DNA of 64,000 bases from Candidatus Omnitrophota bacterium (GTDB lineage Bacteria > Omnitrophota > Gorgyraeia > Zapsychrales > JANLHA01): assembly GCA_023247795.1 (NCBI GenBank), contig JAHFFT010000003.1:12769-76768 (forward strand), written 5' to 3'. The notes under the pieces are model-generated. The model saw only the letters and a list, made by a program, of their open reading frames with translations. It was not told where the DNA came from and did no database searches. Positions 58,379 through 64,000 of this stretch are shown in pieces. Made by a program: the position numbers and the translations under genes. The stretch's first letter is position 1. Each line of letters begins with the position of its first letter.

Positions 58379-59103
58379 AAATTTGGACCGGAACGGCTCT
58401 GGGTTGTCTTCTGGTGATTTGGGCTCCGGGCCAACTGCCGCTGGCACTGAGGGCGGCCGGCCAGAGCCAGGCCGTGGCGGTCGTTGCCGTCGGTGAGAAA
58501 GTAACGTACTCTATCAAGCAGTTAGGGATCACGTCAGGAACCGCGACCCTGGTTTATCAAGGCCAGGCGCCGGGAGAAGCCGCGGATGTTCATCTCATTG
58601 TCTTCACTGCGGATGGCATGAATTTTTATGATCAGGAAAAAATCTATTTTCACCACCAGTCTTTTCTTCCGATGAGGGTCGAGCGGGACATCAATATTTT
58701 CGGCAAGAAAGAAAAGATCATCGAATATTACGAGCCTGATCAGGAACGGATTCGGATTGTCAAGACCATCGGTAAAGCGACCGAGGAACAGATCATTAAA
58801 AAAGCAGGGCCGATTGACAATATTTATTGCTTCATTTATCGCTATCGGCAAAACGGCCAGTTTGCCTTGAATGAAGCGTTGAACTTGCGTCTGCCCACAC
58901 AGGATGTCGCGATGAGCATTGTTGATCAACCAAAGCTTAAGGTCGCCGGAGAGTTGTATGATGCGTTTTATCTGCAAAGCCATCCGGAAAAATATCATAT
59001 CTGGTTTGACGGGAGCGAGAAGAAAATTCCTTTGCGGATCGACGGCGCGATTGGTTTTGGTAAGACCGCGATGATCATGAGCAAATACGAAAACCCGAGT
59101 TAA
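58375..59103 (+). CDS. hypothetical exported protein, tentatively DUF3108-like
   Basis: 242 aa. N-terminal signal-like hydrophobic segment. Beta-rich composition. Family assignment is from overall resemblance only. ATGA overlap with the M20 gene, and trpB starts 3 nt after its stop. Confidence 0.45.
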   Translation: MKIWTGTALGCLLVIWAPGQLPLALRAAGQSQAVAVVAVGEKVTYSIKQLGITSGTATLVYQGQAPGEAADVHLIVFTADGMNFYDQEKIYFHHQSFLPMRVERDINIFGKKEKIIEYYEPDQERIRIVKTIGKATEEQIIKKAGPIDNIYCFIYRYRQNGQFALNEALNLRLPTQDVAMSIVDQPKLKVAGELYDAFYLQSHPEKYHIWFDGSEKKIPLRIDGAIGFGKTAMIMSKYENPS

Positions 59104-59105
59104 AA

Positions 59106-60293
59106 ATGAAAACATTCCCTGATAAACACGGACATTTCGGTGAATTTGGCGGACAGTTTGTCCCCGAGACCTTGATGTCGTGTCTGGCTGATCTTAAAAA
59201 GGCTTTTGCGACTTTGCGTAAACAAAAAGCGTTTCAACAGGAGCTCGCGCATTATTTGAACGATTATGCCGGAAGGCCGACCAAGCTGTATTTTGCCGAG
59301 CGGCTGAGCCAAAAGTTTAAAAATTTGAAAATTTATTTAAAGCGGGAAGACCTTCTGCATACGGGTGCGCATAAGATCAATAATACCTTGGGGCAGATTT
59401 TATTGGCCAAACACATGGGCAAGACCCGCATCATTGCCGAGACCGGTGCTGGTCAGCATGGGGTCGCGACCGCGACCGTGTCAGCGCTTTTTGGCCTCAA
59501 GTGTCAGATTTATATGGGACAGCAGGACATGGAACGTCAGGCGCTGAATGTTTTTCGCATGCAGTTGTTGGGGGCAACGGTTGTCCCGGTGACCAGCGGT
59601 TCGCAAACGCTCAAGGACGCGATGAATGAAGCGATCCGTGATTGGGTGACGAATGTCCGAGACACGTTTTACATCATCGGTTCGGTTGCCGGCCCGCATC
59701 CCTATCCTTTGATCGTCCGGGAGTTTCAGTCGATCATTGGGCGGGAGGCGAGGATGCAGTTTTTGTTGAAGGAGAAGAAATTGCCGGATTATCTCGTCGC
59801 CTGTGTTGGTGGAGGGAGCAATGCCATGGGATTGTTTCATGCGTTTTATCAAGATCACCGGGTTCAGATGATTGGAGTTGAGGCAGCTGGCCGCGGGGTC
59901 AACACCGACCATCATTCGGCAACGTTGTCGAGCGGAAGCATCGGCGTTCTGCATGGAAGTAAAAGCGAACTTTTACAAACCAAAGACGGACAGATTCGGA
60001 TCGCCCATTCGATTGCCGCGGGGTTGGATTATCCCGGAGTGGGGCCAGAACACGCGTATTATAAAAAAATCGGGCGCGCTCGGTATGAGTCGGTCACTGA
60101 TCAAGAGGCGTTGTCTGGGCTGAAACTTTTATCGGAAACCGAAGGGATCATTCCAGCACTGGAAAGCTCGCACGCGATTTTTTATTTAACGAAAATGAAC
60201 CGGCAGGTCAAGAAAAAGTCTTCGGTGATTGTCTGTTTATCCGGACGCGGGGATAAGGACATGCACACGGTGCGCGAGAAATTATTAAAATGA
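59106..60293 (+). CDS. trpB: tryptophan synthase beta chain
   Basis: 395 aa. ..[13 protein letters not shown].. (PLP lysine) and ..GGGSNA.G.F.. motifs. Confidence 0.92.
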   Translation: MKTFPDKHGHFGEFGGQFVPETLMSCLADLKKAFATLRKQKAFQQELAHYLNDYAGRPTKLYFAERLSQKFKNLKIYLKREDLLHTGAHKINNTLGQILLAKHMGKTRIIAETGAGQHGVATATVSALFGLKCQIYMGQQDMERQALNVFRMQLLGATVVPVTSGSQTLKDAMNEAIRDWVTNVRDTFYIIGSVAGPHPYPLIVREFQSIIGREARMQFLLKEKKLPDYLVACVGGGSNAMGLFHAFYQDHRVQMIGVEAAGRGVNTDHHSATLSSGSIGVLHGSKSELLQTKDGQIRIAHSIAAGLDYPGVGPEHAYYKKIGRARYESVTDQEALSGLKLLSETEGIIPALESSHAIFYLTKMNRQVKKKSSVIVCLSGRGDKDMHTVREKLLK

Positions 60294-60320
60294 AAAATCG
60301 TATTCAACAAAAATTTCCCA

Positions 60321-60359
60321 CACTCCCAGGGTTCAACCCCCGGGGCAACCCCGGGAGTG
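60321..60359 (+). repeat. 39-nt palindromic element (CACTCCCAGGG-TTCAA-CCCCCGGGGCAACCCCGGGAGTG) lying between two near-identical copies of the trpA 5' end
   Basis: The outer arms CACTCCC / GGGAGTG and the inner CCCGGGG / CCCCGGG are self-complementary. It is flanked by atgaaaaatcgtattcaacaaaaattt (60290) and atgatcaatcggatcaagcagaaattt (60371), which are about 22/27 identical. Related to aaacccggggaaacccgggg at 55886. Confidence 0.5.
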
Positions 60360-60370
60360 AAGAGGATGTC

Positions 60371-61180
60371 ATGATCAATCGGATCAAGCAGAAATTTGTA
60401 GAATTGAAAAAATGGCAGAAGAAGGCGTTCATTGCTTATATCGCCGCCGGCGATCCCAACCTCGGGACCACGGTAGAGCTGGTTAAGGCCTTTGATCAAG
60501 CCGGGGTGGATATTGTTGAGCTGGGTGTTCCTTTTTCTGATCCGTTGGCCGACGGAACAACGATTCAGATGGCGTCGCAACGGGCGCTCAAGCAAGGAGT
60601 GACGATCAACAAAATTTTACAAATCGTTCAGCGAATCCGCCAAACCAGCCAGATTCCTATTGCTTTAATGACCTATTACAATCCAATTTTTCATTATGGA
60701 TTAGCCGCCTTTTTGAAGAAGGCCCGGCAGGCCGGTGTCGATGGAGTGATCGTGCCTGACCTTCCTCCAGAAGAAGGGCAGGACTTGATCAGAGAAGCAA
60801 AAAAATTTGATTTAGCGACGGTATTTTTTATTTCCCCAACGACCCAGGTCCATCGAATGGCCCGGATCGCCAAGGCCAGCACCGGATTTGTATATTATGT
60901 TTCCGTGACCGGCATCACCGGCGCGCGCCAAATTCTCCCAAAAGAGCTCATCGAGAATATCAAAAAAGCCAAACGCTTGACGGATAAACCGATTTGCGTT
61001 GGTTTCGGGGTTTCAACCCCTGAACAGGTCAAGCAATTGTCGCAAGCGGCCGACGGTGTCATTGTTGGAAGTGCAATCATTAAGCAGATTGAGAAACATC
61101 GCGGTAAGAAGGATTTGATCAAATCGGTTTCGCGTTTTGTTCAAGAGCTAGCCAAGCCTTTAAGAACACATGAAAGATAA
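60371..61180 (+). CDS. trpA: tryptophan synthase alpha chain
   Basis: The ATG at 60371 gives MINRIKQKFVELKKWQKKAFIAYIAAGDP, which aligns with TrpA N-termini. An in-frame upstream ATG at 60290 (overlapping the trpB stop) would add 27 aa spanning the palindromic element. About 269 aa from 60371. Confidence 0.85.
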   Translation: MINRIKQKFVELKKWQKKAFIAYIAAGDPNLGTTVELVKAFDQAGVDIVELGVPFSDPLADGTTIQMASQRALKQGVTINKILQIVQRIRQTSQIPIALMTYYNPIFHYGLAAFLKKARQAGVDGVIVPDLPPEEGQDLIREAKKFDLATVFFISPTTQVHRMARIAKASTGFVYYVSVTGITGARQILPKELIENIKKAKRLTDKPICVGFGVSTPEQVKQLSQAADGVIVGSAIIKQIEKHRGKKDLIKSVSRFVQELAKPLRTHER

Positions 61181-62456
61181 TCCTTACAAACTAACTCTAT
61201 TGGATAATGGTCTGCGGGTTGTTACTCACCAAATGAAAGATCGGGTGAGTGTGGCGGTGGGGATTGGGATTGCCGCTGGCGGCCGTTATGAAAATGATGA
61301 GAACAAAGGGGTTGCCCACTTTCTTGAGCACATCCTTTTCAAGGGGAGCGAGCATTACAGTTGTTCAGCGATCAAGGAAGAGGTCGAGGGTGTTGGAGGA
61401 AGTCTCAATGCCTTTACTTCCGAGGAGCAAACCTGTTATTACGCGAAAGTCCCGGCGGCTTATCTGCACCGGAGTTTTGATGTCTTGGCTGATATGGTGA
61501 TCTCTCCGAAGATACCGAAGCCGGAGTTCGAAAAAGAACGCAACGTCATCCTCGAAGAAATCAAGATGTATCATGACTTACCACAGTACCAGGTCATGGA
61601 AATGCTCGACGAGCTGATGTGGCCGAATCAGCCTTTGGGGAAAAGTTTGGCCGGCACAGCGGAATCCGTGCAAATGCTTAAGCAGAAAGATTTGCGTCAT
61701 TTTCATCAAAGCCATTATGTGGCCAAGAATATTGTGGTGGCTGCTTGCGGTGCTGTAAATCACAATTCGTTTGTAACGGTTGTCCGGTCAAAATTCAAAG
61801 CGCTGCCGCGTGTGGATGTTCAGACCTTTTCGCCAGCGAGCATTTCCGACGGCAAACAAAGGTTACGAATTTTTACTAAAGAGATCGAGCAAACCCATTT
61901 AGCCTTTGGCGTTCCTGGGTTAGAAGAAAAGCACCCGGACCGTTATGTCTATTACCTATTGCACATCATTTTAGGCGGCAATATGTCCAGCCGGCTTTTT
62001 AATGAGGTCAGGGAAAAGCGCGGGTTGGCGTATTCGATCTCAAGCGGAATCAAGGCCCTCAGGGATACGGGTATGTTTTTGATCAGCGCCGGGGTGGATA
62101 AAGACAAGCTGGTGGATGCGGTTGAGGTGATTTTACAGCAGCTTAAAAAAATCGCAAAGTCAGGTGTTGAAAAAGATGAATTCAATCGCGCGAAAGAATT
62201 TTATTTGGGTCAAGTCCAGTTGAATTTGGAAAGTACCACCAATCAGCTGTTTTGGGCGGTGGGGATGATCATGATCGACGATGAGCTGCGCACGCTTTCA
62301 GACGTGGTCAAAGCGGTCAAGAAGATCACCGTGTCAGATGTCCAACGGGTGGCGAAAACGCTTTTTAAGGACGAGCGATACCGCCTGGCGGTCATCGGGC
62401 CCGTTAAGAAAGATCAGACCGAACAATTGGAAAAATTGTTCGCGGTTTCGCGTTGA
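61170..62456 (+). CDS. M16-family zinc peptidase (insulinase/pitrilysin-like)
   Basis: 428 aa. Inverted zinc motif HFLEHILFKG (HxxEH) and downstream glutamate region. Overlaps the trpA end by 11 nt. Confidence 0.8.
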   Translation: MKDNPYKLTLLDNGLRVVTHQMKDRVSVAVGIGIAAGGRYENDENKGVAHFLEHILFKGSEHYSCSAIKEEVEGVGGSLNAFTSEEQTCYYAKVPAAYLHRSFDVLADMVISPKIPKPEFEKERNVILEEIKMYHDLPQYQVMEMLDELMWPNQPLGKSLAGTAESVQMLKQKDLRHFHQSHYVAKNIVVAACGAVNHNSFVTVVRSKFKALPRVDVQTFSPASISDGKQRLRIFTKEIEQTHLAFGVPGLEEKHPDRYVYYLLHIILGGNMSSRLFNEVREKRGLAYSISSGIKALRDTGMFLISAGVDKDKLVDAVEVILQQLKKIAKSGVEKDEFNRAKEFYLGQVQLNLESTTNQLFWAVGMIMIDDELRTLSDVVKAVKKITVSDVQRVAKTLFKDERYRLAVIGPVKKDQTEQLEKLFAVSR

Positions 62457-62467
62457 AATTTTTTTTT
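62440..62467 (+). terminator. candidate intrinsic terminator: short CGCG-guuu-CGCG hairpin followed by a T10 run
   Basis: tcGCGGtttCGCGttgaaaTTTTTTTTTT immediately after the M16 stop. The stem is weak. Confidence 0.35.
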
Positions 62468-62538
62468 TAAATTGACAAGATAATTTTTATCAGTTAGACT
62501 CAGAACAAATTTAATTTTATAATCAACAGGAGGCACGA

Positions 62539-62709
62539 ATGGAAGAATTATCGTTTTACGATGTTAAGTCAAAGAAGAAATTCAACAGTTCAGAATACAG
62601 TGTGAAGCAAAAAAGTGGTCGTTTTTTTGCAGTCACAAAATCCAAAGCTGGTCCGCACGAATGCTGGCGCGTATTGAGCAAAGATCAAGCCGCAAAAATT
62701 AAAAAGTAG
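62539..62709 (+). CDS. hypothetical small basic protein (56 aa) absent from the ORF track (below its length cut-off)
   Basis: Strong SD (AGGAGG) 7 nt upstream of the ATG. MEELSFYDVKSKKKFNSSEYSVKQKSGRFFAVTKSKAGPHECWRVLSKDQAAKIKK. Upstream TTAGAC-18-TATAAT promoter-like pair. Lys-rich, which suggests a nucleic-acid-binding protein. Confidence 0.45.
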   Translation: MEELSFYDVKSKKKFNSSEYSVKQKSGRFFAVTKSKAGPHECWRVLSKDQAAKIKK

Positions 62710-62724
62710 TCACTGGTAGGATTA

Positions 62725-63123
62725 TTGACAACACAAAGAAAAAGTCCTTCAACAAAAAGGGCAACCGCTACCGGGGCATCACTTAAATTAGCAAAGTCCA
62801 TTGCTGAGTTTGCGAATAACAAAAAGGCTTTCGATATCAAGATTCTTGATATGCGTAAAGTCGCAAACTTTTGTGACTTTTTTGTGTTGAGTTCTGGTAC
62901 GTCAACCCGGCAAGTCAAGGCCATTGCCGAAGGCATTGTAGAAGGGGTTGAGCAATCAGGAACAAGAGTTCGATTCAAGCAGGGAGTTTTAGAAGGACAT
63001 TGGGCCTTGATTGATTTAGGAACAGTCGTGGCTCATGTTTTTGATCAGGCTTCGCGTGAGTTTTACAGTCTCGATTATCTTTGGCAGGAAGCCAAGCAAG
63101 TCAGCATTGATTTGAAGAATTGA
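62725..63123 (+). CDS. rsfS: ribosomal silencing factor RsfS (Iojap family)
   Basis: 132 aa. ..KKAFDIKILDMRKVANFCDFFVLSSGTSTRQVKAIAEG.. and ..GHWALIDLGTVVAHVF..REFYSL..LW.. are RsfS signatures. Confidence 0.85.
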   Translation: MTTQRKSPSTKRATATGASLKLAKSIAEFANNKKAFDIKILDMRKVANFCDFFVLSSGTSTRQVKAIAEGIVEGVEQSGTRVRFKQGVLEGHWALIDLGTVVAHVFDQASREFYSLDYLWQEAKQVSIDLKN

Positions 63124-63217
63124 AGCGATTCCACCCCACCGTAAGGAAAAAATTAGCCTGCAAATATTTTTGTACCCCGCAGTCCCTATTTTGTAAGAAA
63201 AAAATTAAAGGAATTTC

Positions 63218-64000
63218 ATGCCGGCCTTGAAAGAACAACTCTGTCAAATCATTGATCAGGTGCTGCAGCCACTTTTTCATTCCAAAGGTGGAGTTCCTGG
63301 ACTTCGGCCCGAAATCCGTTTAGAAGTGCCGAATGACAAACAGCACGGGGATCTTTCCACCAATGTCGCTATGCAGGCGAGCAAGATTTTTAGAGAGCCG
63401 CCGCTAGAGCTTGCAGCACAGTTTCAAAAGCTCATCCAAGAAAAAATCAGTCAGTCCCCATTGAGAGATCAGGTCGTTAAGATAGAGGTGAAGTCACCAG
63501 GGTTTATTAACTTCACCTTTTCCAATCAAGCGCTTTTTACATTTTTACAGGATGTTTTAACACAGGCCGGAAATTTTGGTCGTTCCAAGGTTGGTGGTGG
63601 CAAAAAAATTCAGATTGAATTTGTCAGCGCGAACCCAACGGGGCCGCTCAGTGTGGCCCACGCTCGGCAGGCCGCGGTTGGTGACGCGCTGGGAAATATT
63701 TTGAACTTTTTAGGTTTCGCGGTGACAAAAGAATACTATGTGAATGACGAGGGGAACCAGATCAACATGCTCGGGGAGTCGATCTTAGCGCGGGCAAAAG
63801 AAATTTTGGGTGAGCCGACTGCGATTCCGGAAAACGGTTATCAAGGCGAATACATTCGCGACATGGCGCAGGAATTCTTGCAGAAAAAAAATGTCAAAGA
63901 CCTCATCGGAGTGAAAAGGATTGTCCGGGCGGAATTTTCTAGATTCGGCGTTGAGTATCTCATGGCGATCATCAAAAGGGAGTTGAAAGATTTTGGTGTC
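63218..64000 (+). CDS. argS: arginyl-tRNA synthetase, N-terminal part; 3' end lies outside the window
   Basis: Arg_tRNA_synt_N-like N-terminus (..PNDKQHGDLSTNVAMQ..). Class I HIGH-region equivalent (..VSANPTGPLSVAHARQAAVGD..). The ORF is open to the window end. Confidence 0.85.
   Translation, partial: MPALKEQLCQIIDQVLQPLFHSKGGVPGLRPEIRLEVPNDKQHGDLSTNVAMQASKIFREPPLELAAQFQKLIQEKISQSPLRDQVVKIEVKSPGFINFTFSNQALFTFLQDVLTQAGNFGRSKVGGGKKIQIEFVSANPTGPLSVAHARQAAVGDALGNILNFLGFAVTKEYYVNDEGNQINMLGESILARAKEILGEPTAIPENGYQGEYIRDMAQEFLQKKNVKDLIGVKRIVRAEFSRFGVEYLMAIIKRELKDFGV

Noticed and set aside
60290-60370. Calling the upstream ATG (60290) as the definitive trpA start, giving a 296-aa TrpA
   Set aside because: The extra 27 residues are a near-duplicate of the real N-terminus plus translation of a palindromic element. 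Canonical TrpA alignment begins at the second ATG (60371), which also has a purine-rich RBS. The upstream start is kept as a possibility only.
1-64000. Searched for rRNA, tRNA, CRISPR arrays, transposases/integrases, prophage genes and toxin-antitoxin pairs
   Set aside because: No cloverleaf-compatible tRNA-like segments in the few intergenic gaps, no rRNA-like conserved blocks, no direct-repeat/spacer arrays, and no proteins with DDE/tyrosine-recombinase/phage hallmark motifs. Apart from the short palindromic elements and the small AT-rich islets noted above, the window is core chromosome.

Overview
The window is a dense, almost gap-free stretch of bacterial chromosome (about 50% GC). Every convincing CDS, roughly 75 of them, lies on the + strand, and many neighbouring genes overlap by 4 to 20 nt in the ATGA/translational-coupling style. 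The gene content in order is as follows. (i) A consolidated LPS inner-core/Kdo/Lpt supercluster: four tandem GT9 heptosyltransferase paralogs, one GT4 glycosyltransferase, a kinase-only HldA/RfaE-domain-I, kdsB, kdsA, kdsD, kdsC, a single LptC/LptA-like OstA-fold protein and lptB. This shows the organism is a diderm. (ii) Housekeeping genes: a trigger factor lacking its PPIase domain, clpP without clpX, a class-V aminotransferase next to serA, purA, an OmpA-family lipoprotein, uppS-cdsA-dxr-rseP, an orphan CpaF-like secretion ATPase, an editing-domain-less proS, rimP-nusA-infB, trpS, scpA, ruvB, a DUF2905-like small membrane protein, SpoIID/LytB, queA, tgt, trmD, rplS, rnhB, yraN, an FTCD_C (fchA-like) protein next to folD, polA, glgA, coaE, rho, rpmE, prfA, prmC and murA. 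(iii) A trp operon, trpG-D-C-F ... trpB-A, with no trpE in the window. It is interrupted by about 4.8 kb that carries an AlbA_2/HATPase_c_4/wHTH regulator-like protein, an AT-rich tract, and a non-coding element whose 5' half matches the c-di-GMP-I (GEMM) riboswitch core (GGCAAACC, GAAA-hairpin, GGGACGCAAA). After these come a secreted protein and a translationally coupled Zn-ribbon, M20 peptidase and DUF3108-like operon that runs straight into trpB-trpA. (iv) Other features are an M16 peptidase, a 56-aa basic protein missing from the ORF track, rsfS and the 5' end of argS. There are several recurring short sequence families. One is TCCCTTTAGGGRCTGTCC at two gene 3' ends. Another is CCCGGGG palindromes, one of which sits between a duplicated trpA 5' end. 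A third is a GTCGCAAGT/ACTTGCGAC/ACTTGAGAC motif family in several intergenic regions. A small AT-rich islet between kdsC and lptC carries a structured hairpin and a frame-disrupted YcxB-like gene. No rRNA, tRNA, CRISPR array, transposase or integrase was found. All minus-strand ORFs in the track look like antisense shadows of + strand genes. The gene neighbourhoods (ruvB-DUF2905-spoIID-queA-tgt, strong co-orientation) have a Terrabacteria/Firmicutes-like flavour despite the LPS genes; this phylogenetic guess is inference only.
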